Below the pieces are notes generated by a model. It had not been told where the DNA came from, ran no database searches, and worked only from the letters and a program-made list of their open reading frames with translations. Below are positions 1 through 8,194 of a stretch of 64,000 nt of DNA, piece by piece (the first letter of the stretch is position 1; each line of letters opens with the position of its first letter). The stretch covers positions 189,880-253,879 of the IMG/VR virus record IMGVR_UViG_3300042868_007959. The stretch is one strand, 5' to 3'. A program made the translations under genes and the position numbers.

Positions 1-17
1 ACATTAAAGTTTTAATT

Positions 18-206
18 CTATTTAATTGCTCCGTTAAGTTCTTCATTAAATATTTTTTTTAATTCTTCTTTATATAATTGTATTTCTTCTTGTAAGATTT
101 CAATACTCTCTTTATCATTTATATTATAAATATTAAATAAATTATTAATTTCATCTAATCTATTTTTTATAATATCTATTCTTTCTTGTATTTCTAAAAC
201 TATCAT
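18..206 (-). CDS. small coiled-coil hypothetical protein
   Basis: 62-aa ORF overlapping the stop of 203..2041 by 4 nt; heptad-like I/L/E/K pattern. Confidence 0.55.
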   Translation of the reverse strand: MIVLEIQERIDIIKNRLDEINNLFNIYNINDKESIEILQEEIQLYKEELKKIFNEELNGAIK

Positions 207-2041
207 TTTTGATTTTTTAAATAATCCTCTTGTTGTTGATTTAATAAATCTATTGCATCCGATCCTTTTTTACCGTCATCTACACCAGACACTGCATCCA
301 TCTCTTCTTTATTATCAACGTATCTAACATTATCTTTTCTATTCTTTTCATCGGTAGGTGCCATTTCTATATTAGATACTTCTTTACCACTTATACTTTT
401 ATTCATTAAATCAGAAGTTTGTGTAGATAACCAATCCTTAAATTTTTTAGTTTGAAATTTAGGGTTATTTAGTAACCACTCTCTTGATTTTTTTATATCG
501 TCTTCAGTTGGTATTTCTTCACTTTTTGTCCAAGGTCTCCATCCTTTAGTATAAGCGTTATTAAGTAATGTATTATCTGTAATTGATCCATCAGAAAGAA
601 ATATTTCTTTAGTAGACTTCCAGTCATAACCATCATTTTTAATATTAGTTTGCACAGTTGGTTTAAGAGAATGTTGTACTAAATTAATTTTATCCGATAA
701 CCATTTAGCTACTTCAGGTTCACTTAAAACCTCTGATAATATAACATACATACCTAACTCTTGTAAAGCTTCTTTTCCTGCAATAGTTTTCATATACGCA
801 TTTAATGATGTAACTACATCACCATTATTTTGTAAAACTAAATTTTTAAAGTTTTTATTTTTTGAAACTGTAAGTAAGTTAGCCCTACCTACCCTACTTT
901 CTATTTTTGTTAATGCGTCACTGTAAATTTTTGCAGATTTAGGATCAATTTTAGCAAAATTATTAATTATATCGTGTCCGACTAATATCTCAGATTGATT
1001 AAGTCCGTATTTATCTGCAGTTTCTTTATAAATTTTTACTAATTTTTGATTTTTTACATCGGTTGATACATTTTTTAAAAGAGGTAATTCATTATCAACC
1101 CTTTTAATTACATCATCCGCATACTTATAAACTTTAATATTTGCACTACCTTTAGTCAATATTCTATTAGTTTGACTAACACCTCCTCCTAAAAATCCAC
1201 CAAAAAGTGTTAACCCACCAGCGAGTATAGCGGCATCTCTTTCTTCTTTTGTTTTCGCATTAAAAGCCTCGACACCATATGTAGAAGCATTCGCAAAATC
1301 TATTCCCGCACTTAACGCTAACCCAACTCCTGGTATTGCTAGTACTGCAATAGAAGCGATATCCAAAGCACAATGATAGTCACTAAAACAATCCCCAATA
1401 TACTCCCATACACTGGTAGATTTTTCATATTGATTTAAAGTTCCCTTATTGTATGAAATATCATAACTAGCAATTTTTTGTATTCTGTTTTTTATTTGAC
1501 TGTAATTATCTGACCCAAAATACTTAGTAAAAAAGTTCCACCAACCTTCAGGAAAATAAGACGACCTCCAAGCATTTTTATCATACTTAAAAGTTGCTTC
1601 TAATTCTTTTTGAATTTTTCCCCACTGAAAATAAATAGTATCATTATTTGCGATATCAGATGCTCTCTGTTTACCTATCATTTTATCCGATATTTGATCA
1701 GCCAAATCACTGAAATCTTTTGCAACATATAGTCCACCTCCCGCTGCCACATTACATGTACCTAATTCCGCTTTTGAAATACAAACATCATACATACCTT
1801 TGGTACCTGTAATTACTTTTTCAGCGATATAAACATTATTTAATTCCTTTATAGCATTTAATGCTGATTGAGCAAAAACATGATTGGCAGACAATGAACC
1901 ACCTATTAAATAATTGGGCCAACCATTACTTCTTAAAAAATTTTTAGTAGATTCAACCTCATTACTAATAGATGATTTAGTTTCTTCTTTTAAAAATATT
2001 CTTTTATATTGATTTTCCGTTATGAAAATTTTTTTTTTCAT
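203..2041 (-). CDS. putative head-packaged protein with ITE leader and pre-toxin-like hydrophobic module
   Basis: 612-aa ORF; N-terminus MKKKIFITENQYKRIFLKEE; central HCALDIASIAVLAIPGVG...IDFANASTY...AAILAGGLTLFGGFLGGG. Confidence 0.6.
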   Translation of the reverse strand: MKKKIFITENQYKRIFLKEETKSSISNEVESTKNFLRSNGWPNYLIGGSLSANHVFAQSALNAIKELNNVYIAEKVITGTKGMYDVCISKAELGTCNVAAGGGLYVAKDFSDLADQISDKMIGKQRASDIANNDTIYFQWGKIQKELEATFKYDKNAWRSSYFPEGWWNFFTKYFGSDNYSQIKNRIQKIASYDISYNKGTLNQYEKSTSVWEYIGDCFSDYHCALDIASIAVLAIPGVGLALSAGIDFANASTYGVEAFNAKTKEERDAAILAGGLTLFGGFLGGGVSQTNRILTKGSANIKVYKYADDVIKRVDNELPLLKNVSTDVKNQKLVKIYKETADKYGLNQSEILVGHDIINNFAKIDPKSAKIYSDALTKIESRVGRANLLTVSKNKNFKNLVLQNNGDVVTSLNAYMKTIAGKEALQELGMYVILSEVLSEPEVAKWLSDKINLVQHSLKPTVQTNIKNDGYDWKSTKEIFLSDGSITDNTLLNNAYTKGWRPWTKSEEIPTEDDIKKSREWLLNNPKFQTKKFKDWLSTQTSDLMNKSISGKEVSNIEMAPTDEKNRKDNVRYVDNKEEMDAVSGVDDGKKGSDAIDLLNQQQEDYLKNQK

Positions 2042-2052
2042 ATTACTATTAG

Positions 2053-3093
2053 TTATTTAACTTTTGGTTCGACTCTAAATGTACAATCATTAAGATTATT
2101 ATCTGCATCTATAATTGTAATATTATGTTCCGATGGTTTTAAATTTAATGTAGTATATACCGCATTAAGTGAATCTGATCTAAAACTAATTTTTATTTTC
2201 CCGTTTTGAGGATTTTCTTTTTTCTGCATAAAAGTATAACCTCTTTCACCATTAAATTTATATTGGTTTCCTGTAATTTTCTTTATTTTACCAATTACCC
2301 TACCTCTAGTATCTTTGACATCATATTTTTGACCTTCTACTCCTTTTGAAACTGAGGCTTCCCCACTTCTATAATCAGATATATATTTATTCTCCTCAAA
2401 TGAAGATATCATAGTCATAAGTTTTTCATTACCCTCAAATTTATTATAGAAATTAGCCATACATCTCTCTACAGTTTTATATGCATCTGGATCAAACCCA
2501 AATTCTTCTAAATCTCCAGGACCAGCCCCTTTAGACCAAGCTTTATACATTGCTTTAAGATGTTCTTTACAACTATCTATATTATTGCTAATATCTTTTC
2601 TATCTACTTTTACGTCAGTTTTAATATCTTTTTTGATACCTTTACCTTCTTTTTTGGACATAAACTGTAATTCCGCATCTTTTGTAATATAAATTTCTAC
2701 GGGTGTACCACTATCATCATTAACTCTTTTTTTAACATAATACATATCTTTACCTGGTTTTGGTCTAGATACTGTCCCTAACTTCAATTTAATGTCAACA
2801 AATGACATTCTTTTCACATAAGTCTTTCCACCAATAACTTTTTGTTCATAGAAATCTAATGAATCACTTTCACTCCCTTCTATTTCTTTTTTCTTTTCAT
2901 CTGTTAATTCAACAAATCCTTCAGGAATGTTCGGATTAGGTTTACCATCATCCTTTTTACCATCATCCTTCTTATCATCATCAACTGGTTTATCATCCTC
3001 ACCTTCTACTAAATTCCCAAACAATCTCTCTTCAGTAAATAAAGATTTCATTCTCAGTATTTGTTCATTTAAATTTAAAATATTTTTTCCCAT
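2053..3093 (-). CDS. hypothetical protein with LNEQILRMKSL leader (putative internal head protein)
   Basis: 346-aa ORF; leader motif followed by LVE and a D/K linker; ATATTTAT upstream. Confidence 0.6.
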   Translation of the reverse strand: MGKNILNLNEQILRMKSLFTEERLFGNLVEGEDDKPVDDDKKDDGKKDDGKPNPNIPEGFVELTDEKKKEIEGSESDSLDFYEQKVIGGKTYVKRMSFVDIKLKLGTVSRPKPGKDMYYVKKRVNDDSGTPVEIYITKDAELQFMSKKEGKGIKKDIKTDVKVDRKDISNNIDSCKEHLKAMYKAWSKGAGPGDLEEFGFDPDAYKTVERCMANFYNKFEGNEKLMTMISSFEENKYISDYRSGEASVSKGVEGQKYDVKDTRGRVIGKIKKITGNQYKFNGERGYTFMQKKENPQNGKIKISFRSDSLNAVYTTLNLKPSEHNITIIDADNNLNDCTFRVEPKVK

Positions 3094-3148
3094 AATTTTT
3101 CTATTATATACAATTATTCTAATAAATAAATATTAGATAAAAATAAAA

Positions 3149-3170
3149 AATCCCACCTAAAGATGGGATT
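3149..3170 (-). terminator. intrinsic terminator after tail tube gene
   Basis: AATCCCA/TGGGATT stem with an A-run on the + strand (U-tail on -). Confidence 0.6.
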
Positions 3171-3196
3171 AATTAAAATATATGTCATTCTAAAAA

Positions 3197-3685
3197 TTAG
3201 AATACACTTATTGCTCTATCAAAACGAAGTGTTGCAGTAATATCTGCCAAATCAGAAGATGAATAATCTAATGACCCAAAGTCCACATCGTTTAATTGTG
3301 TCCCTTGTAAAATCCATTTTTGAACCACTACACCTGTTGGGTCTAACATCTCTAACTCTATGTCTTTCTTATAACCTGCAGCATAACCTTGTCTACCTGT
3401 TACAGATTCAGAGTGTAAACGAACCCACTCCATTAACGCCTGAGTCGCAGAAGGACCAATAGGGTCTCTAAAAGTTACAGAGATTGATTCCCAGTTAAAT
3501 CTACCAATTACATATGTAGAAGTATTTAAAAAAGGTATCTCCACCTCTTGACTCGTATATTTTGGTCGGCTAGTTGTAGATACCCACCATTCTTGAATTC
3601 CCAATTCATCTGGAAATCTCAAAATAAACCTATTCTTTCTTAGCGGTTCGTAAGGAACAGGCATTCTCATTAATAAATCAGCCAT
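3197..3685 (-). CDS. gp19: tail tube protein (T4 gp19-like)
   Basis: 162 aa; EPLRKNRFIL, GRFNWESISVTFRD, YKKDIELEMLDPTGVVVQKWILQG, LDYSSSD, TLRFD are typical contractile-tail tube motifs. Confidence 0.9.
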   Translation of the reverse strand: MADLLMRMPVPYEPLRKNRFILRFPDELGIQEWWVSTTSRPKYTSQEVEIPFLNTSTYVIGRFNWESISVTFRDPIGPSATQALMEWVRLHSESVTGRQGYAAGYKKDIELEMLDPTGVVVQKWILQGTQLNDVDFGSLDYSSSDLADITATLRFDRAISVF

Positions 3686-3756
3686 CTTAATTTTTTTTTA
3701 ATTTTTTTTTATTAGTTGTATTATTTATTATATAAATATTGAATTTTTAGAAAAAT

Positions 3757-6753
3757 TTATTTTTCAATAATAATTCTTTTCTTTTTAGGGTTATTTGGGT
3801 CAGATGTATCATACACATTAAAATGTATCTCTGGATATTTCACACTCAATTCTTTCCTTATTAAATTTTCAATAATCTCTATATTACTTAAATCGTCATC
3901 ACTATAACCAACACTAATACCCTCAAAATCAGGGTTATCCTTTATTTCTTCAATTTGTTCTATAACTCTTTCCACAAAACTCCTAAACGCAATTTCTTTT
4001 CCTTTTTCGGGATTTGTACTTGATATATCTAAACCAAAACTATTTAAAAATTCTTTTGAAGATACTGGATGATAATCTTGTAATTTAAGATAATCATTTA
4101 TTGATGTGTCTTTAAGGTTACCCATCATTTTTTCTTTTTCACTATAAGAAAAGTTTTTATCTATTAATACTTTAATACCATCTATTAGTGACTGTGGTGA
4201 ATTTGATCTGGCAGTAATGATAGAGAAGTCATCTCCATTAATTAAAGCCTCTTTAAAATCATTAAAACTAGGTCCGTAACTTCTACTATCTATTGCATAT
4301 TTAACATCTCTAATAAAAGAATCGTACTCTCTAAAATCTTTAAACGCTTCTAATATGTCATTATTAATATATCTAAACTCATCACCTAATTTATGTCTAA
4401 TAGATCTAAATTGTTCGGTAGAAACTGAAACAGGTACCCAATGTAATCCACCAACTTTATATTCTAAATGAATTCTTGTTGGCATTTTTAAAATATTATC
4501 ATCCCAATCGAATGAATATGTTTTTTTGATTGATTCAGTTAAATAACTTTTTTTATATATAATAGATTCATTTTTGGGAGTTTCATTCTCATCATCGGTT
4601 AAACCACTAACAATAAATGGTAATAACGCTGGAAATCCAGCCTCAATCAACTTATAAGCTTGTCTATATAAATCCTTTTCAAGTTTTTTTGCTTGTTCAG
4701 GATAAATTTTTTTCCATTTACGTTCTAATTTACCTAGTACATCAAAAAATTCTCTTGGTATATTATTAACCCAAGCATCAACATCTTTTAACTCATTTCC
4801 TAATTTAACTTGATCAGTAACATTTTTATTTAAAAATTTATCTATAAATGTTTTAAAATAATCTTTTATTTTTTCTACACCTGTTAGATTATTAATATTT
4901 GGTTTTTCTGCACTCAACATAGTTTTATATTTTTGTAAGTCAATATCTACTAATTTCTGAGATTTATTTGTCCCCCTTAAATAATCAACTAGAAAAGTTG
5001 CAAAACCTTTATTTTTTTCTAAAGTACCTAACTCCAACAAAGTTTTAATATTTGCAGTGAATTCCGCCTCAATTTCCTTAACATGACTCCAATAACTTAA
5101 ATCACTTGCAGATTCTTTTACAATCCTCTCAATTTCGGGTGTAGTTATATTATTCTCTATATATTTTAAAAATTGTCTATCATTTAAATTTTCTGTTTTG
5201 TTTTTTATTTTTTTATAATTATCCCCAAACTCAGACCAACTATCAATTGATAATTTTAGAGATCTAATTTTAACATCGTTACCAAATAAATTTATATCAA
5301 ACTTAGTAAGTGGGATTTTCACTGTATCCTTACTTATATATTTTTCAGGTATAATTTTATTTTCTAAAGCCCATTTTTTGAATTCATGTACCCAACTGTA
5401 ATCCTTACTAGTATCTATATTTTTTTCCACCCCAAATTGACTAACCGCCTTTTCAGCAGCGTCATTATCCTCTCTTTGCCATTGGAAAAAATCTGCGTTA
5501 TCTACTTCCTCATTTTTTATGGGTGTCTTTTCTCTTTTACTTTTTAAATAATCCCAAGCCTCTTTCCCATCTACGAATTCGCTTGATTTATAAGTATTAA
5601 AACTATGATTACTTTTTTTTTGTATGACGTGTGTTAATTCATGATAAATCGTATGAAATATAGTATTTTTTAATTCTTCTAAATCTTTAGGATTTCTAGC
5701 TTTTTTTATTTCTTTTGTATTGATTATAACCCATTGACCCCAATTACCATTTATTTCATCTGCATACATTCTTACCCCTAAAGGAACATCGTATCTATAA
5801 ACATACTTTTCTTTTAATTTAGGATCTTTTAATATTTTTTCATTTTTAACCCAGTCCTTTATATACGGTTTTTTATCCCAATCAGCATTTTCAAAAGTCT
5901 TATCATATTCCTCTTTATATAGATCAAATAATTTATCATCATCAATTTTTGCATTATTAAACTGCTCAGGACCTTTATCATTTAAAGAAAATTTTACGTT
6001 ATCACCATTTATCTGTAATGTAACATAAATAGGTTCACCAGTATTTGTATCATACCCCCATTGATCCTCAAAACCATATTTTTTAAACGACGCATCTATA
6101 ATATCCCACTCATCTTTTGGAATATCAGATAATTTTAATCCAGATACTTGTTGTGGTATTTCTTTAGAATCTGTATCTAAATCTATTTTAGTATCGTCTA
6201 TATTTGATAAATTACCTTCATTATCTATAGTATAATTTTTTATCTCACCACCTTCAGTTTTTTGTACTATATTCTTACCACTTTTTTTATCTTTAACTAC
6301 AATAGTTTGTGATTTAGGTTTCGTTGGTGAGTACGTACCTTTACTTTTTTTCCATAAATCAAAAACTATCCCCCTTAAATCTCCTTCAGTTGGTAAATCA
6401 TTTATCACTTGTAAAATTAAATTATCATCTGCAGTTTTTAAGAATCCACTATCTGACCATTTTTTGAAATTAATAACTGCCTTATTTGTGTAATCCCAGT
6501 CAATTCCTGTTGATTTCCATAAAGATTTATAGTCATTTAAATGTTTACCTAGATCATCAAAACTTTTTATTTCAGTATTTAAAAAATTAGTTGCAAGTTT
6601 TGGATCAACATTCTTAATAGCCTTAGCGACTGCGGAAGAACTATCTTCTAAAGCATCCACTAATCTTCTACCAATTCCTTGTTCAGAAATTAAATTATTA
6701 TTTAAAAATTTTTTTAATTTTTTAATTTCCTTTTCTGAAAATAATTTACTCAT
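3757..6753 (-). CDS. large multidomain protein: zincin-like HExxH domain plus C-terminal HAD-like phosphatase
   Basis: 998 aa; HTIYHELTHVIQ...KEIEAE; C-terminal SFDWDDNIL, IITARS, GYSDDDLSN (HAD motifs I, II, IV). Confidence 0.65.
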   Translation of the reverse strand: MSKLFSEKEIKKLKKFLNNNLISEQGIGRRLVDALEDSSSAVAKAIKNVDPKLATNFLNTEIKSFDDLGKHLNDYKSLWKSTGIDWDYTNKAVINFKKWSDSGFLKTADDNLILQVINDLPTEGDLRGIVFDLWKKSKGTYSPTKPKSQTIVVKDKKSGKNIVQKTEGGEIKNYTIDNEGNLSNIDDTKIDLDTDSKEIPQQVSGLKLSDIPKDEWDIIDASFKKYGFEDQWGYDTNTGEPIYVTLQINGDNVKFSLNDKGPEQFNNAKIDDDKLFDLYKEEYDKTFENADWDKKPYIKDWVKNEKILKDPKLKEKYVYRYDVPLGVRMYADEINGNWGQWVIINTKEIKKARNPKDLEELKNTIFHTIYHELTHVIQKKSNHSFNTYKSSEFVDGKEAWDYLKSKREKTPIKNEEVDNADFFQWQREDNDAAEKAVSQFGVEKNIDTSKDYSWVHEFKKWALENKIIPEKYISKDTVKIPLTKFDINLFGNDVKIRSLKLSIDSWSEFGDNYKKIKNKTENLNDRQFLKYIENNITTPEIERIVKESASDLSYWSHVKEIEAEFTANIKTLLELGTLEKNKGFATFLVDYLRGTNKSQKLVDIDLQKYKTMLSAEKPNINNLTGVEKIKDYFKTFIDKFLNKNVTDQVKLGNELKDVDAWVNNIPREFFDVLGKLERKWKKIYPEQAKKLEKDLYRQAYKLIEAGFPALLPFIVSGLTDDENETPKNESIIYKKSYLTESIKKTYSFDWDDNILKMPTRIHLEYKVGGLHWVPVSVSTEQFRSIRHKLGDEFRYINNDILEAFKDFREYDSFIRDVKYAIDSRSYGPSFNDFKEALINGDDFSIITARSNSPQSLIDGIKVLIDKNFSYSEKEKMMGNLKDTSINDYLKLQDYHPVSSKEFLNSFGLDISSTNPEKGKEIAFRSFVERVIEQIEEIKDNPDFEGISVGYSDDDLSNIEIIENLIRKELSVKYPEIHFNVYDTSDPNNPKKKRIIIEK

Positions 6754-6777
6754 ACTAATAAATATTGTGGTTAATTA

Positions 6778-6803
6778 AAAAACCCAATCTAAGATGGGTT
6801 TTT
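6778..6803. terminator. hairpin, probable bidirectional terminator
   Basis: AAAAACCCA..TGGGTTTTT. Confidence 0.6.
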
Positions 6804-6830
6804 ATTAATGAAAAATAAATACACATAAAT

Positions 6831-6861
6831 TTTGTATATTCAAAAAATAATTATATATTTG
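6831..6861 (+). promoter_or_regulatory. Bacteroidota primary-sigma type promoter (-33/-7)
   Basis: TTTG-N19-TATATTTG, 15 nt before ATG 6877. Confidence 0.7.
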
Positions 6862-6876
6862 TTTAAAATAACTGAT

Positions 6877-7218
6877 ATGTGTAAAATTAAAAAAGAAGCC
6901 GAACAATATAAAGATTCGTCAACATCTAAATTAAAAAGGGTTATTATTAATTATAAATTTCTATCCTTCTCTAATACAAAAAATTTTAATTTTGTAATTA
7001 CACTACTTTTTATTTTGATACCATTTTTTTTAATGTCAAAAATAACTGTTTTTACATTATCATTAGTTATTGTTTCACATTATTTCATTTTCTGTAAATA
7101 TCTTTATGAAAAGAAAAAATGGAAAATGGTTAGTGATGAAGAAAAAAATGAAATAGATGAAATCATTATAATATTAGAATCTTACTTAGAAGATAGAAAA
7201 AACAAAAAACCCCTATAA
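6877..7218 (+). CDS. small two-TM membrane protein
   Basis: hydrophobic FVITLLFILIPFFLM and ITVFTLSLVIVSHYFIF; start moved to ATG 6877 because the track's TTG start lies inside the promoter. Confidence 0.7.
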   Translation: MCKIKKEAEQYKDSSTSKLKRVIINYKFLSFSNTKNFNFVITLLFILIPFFLMSKITVFTLSLVIVSHYFIFCKYLYEKKKWKMVSDEEKNEIDEIIIILESYLEDRKNKKPL

Positions 7219-7230
7219 TAAGGGGTTTTT
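7205..7230. terminator. bidirectional intrinsic terminator
   Basis: AAAAACCCCT-ATAATA-AGGGGTTTTT between convergent genes. Confidence 0.75.
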
Positions 7231-7242
7231 ATATTTTATTAA

Positions 7243-7833
7243 TTATCTTCCTGTTCTTCCGTATTGTCTTGATCTTCCTTTGAAAGCCAATGCTAATCCT
7301 GCTGCAACCATAGCCAACGATATTGGTCCACCATAATTTCCTGCTCCAGCCATTTCTACGAAATCATGAATTTTTGTAGTCAACTCAAATTCTGACCAAC
7401 CAGTTATATTTCCAAGTGCAGTGATTGCTCCCGATAAAGCTAAACCAGCTCCACCACCCATCATTGCTTTCTCACCGAATGCAGCATTTCTACCACCCAT
7501 TCTTCTTGGTGTGTCTTCATTTTCTCTAATTCTTCTTTCAGACATACGACCAGAATTTGGTTCATTTACCTTTCTTTCTAACATTCTAGATTCCTCTGGT
7601 GTTAATTCGGGTAAAATTTCTTCTTTAAAGAAGTCTGAAATTAAATCAACAACTTCACTTTTAGATAATTCACCACCTTCTAAATCATTAAGATCATCAT
7701 TAGAATATTTCGATAAATTTAAATTACCGTATGTTGGGTGAACATCATCCATTCCACCCATATCCTCTTTAATAACTCTTTTGACTATTCTTCTTAAATC
7801 AGTCTCAGTTAATCTTACTATTCTTTTTGCCAT
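7243..7833 (-). CDS. putative head-packaged protein with LTE leader and C-terminal Gly-rich hydrophobic hairpin
   Basis: MAKRIVRLTETDLRRIVKRVIKE; GGGAGLALSGAITALG and GPISLAMVAAGLALAF. Confidence 0.65.
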   Translation of the reverse strand: MAKRIVRLTETDLRRIVKRVIKEDMGGMDDVHPTYGNLNLSKYSNDDLNDLEGGELSKSEVVDLISDFFKEEILPELTPEESRMLERKVNEPNSGRMSERRIRENEDTPRRMGGRNAAFGEKAMMGGGAGLALSGAITALGNITGWSEFELTTKIHDFVEMAGAGNYGGPISLAMVAAGLALAFKGRSRQYGRTGR

Positions 7834-7857
7834 TTTGTAAAATATTTTTTATTTTTA

Positions 7858-8142
7858 TTAGGATTGTACTCCTGAATTTTGTTTGTCTTTAAGACAATTT
7901 AGTGCTGCAATAGCTTTCATACCTTCACCCATAGGATCCTTAAGTATTATTCCCCCAATTTCCTTAACACATTTAGTATAATCTCCTGTTGTACAAGACA
8001 TAGGTGCTTTAATACCTGCATCCTCACAACATTTCACTAAATCTTCTTTTGGATCTGATTCTTCCTTCAAAAGTTTGTTTACGATTCTCTTCATATCTGA
8101 TTCAGACAAAGTTATCGTTTTACCGTTTTTTCTAATTTTCAT
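7858..8142 (-). CDS. small Cys-containing protein with LSE leader
   Basis: MKIRKNGKTITLSESDMKRIVNKLLKEE; 5 Cys in the remainder. Confidence 0.65.
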   Translation of the reverse strand: MKIRKNGKTITLSESDMKRIVNKLLKEESDPKEDLVKCCEDAGIKAPMSCTTGDYTKCVKEIGGIILKDPMGEGMKAIAALNCLKDKQNSGVQS

Positions 8143-8194
8143 CTTTTTTGTTTTTAAAATTGTTAAAAGGGGTTATTACACCCCATATTTATTA

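Noticed and set aside
3731-3738. T4-type TATAAATA acting as a sense promoter
   Set aside because: It consistently lies on the strand opposite the adjacent late gene, so the functional reading appears to be ATATTTAT.
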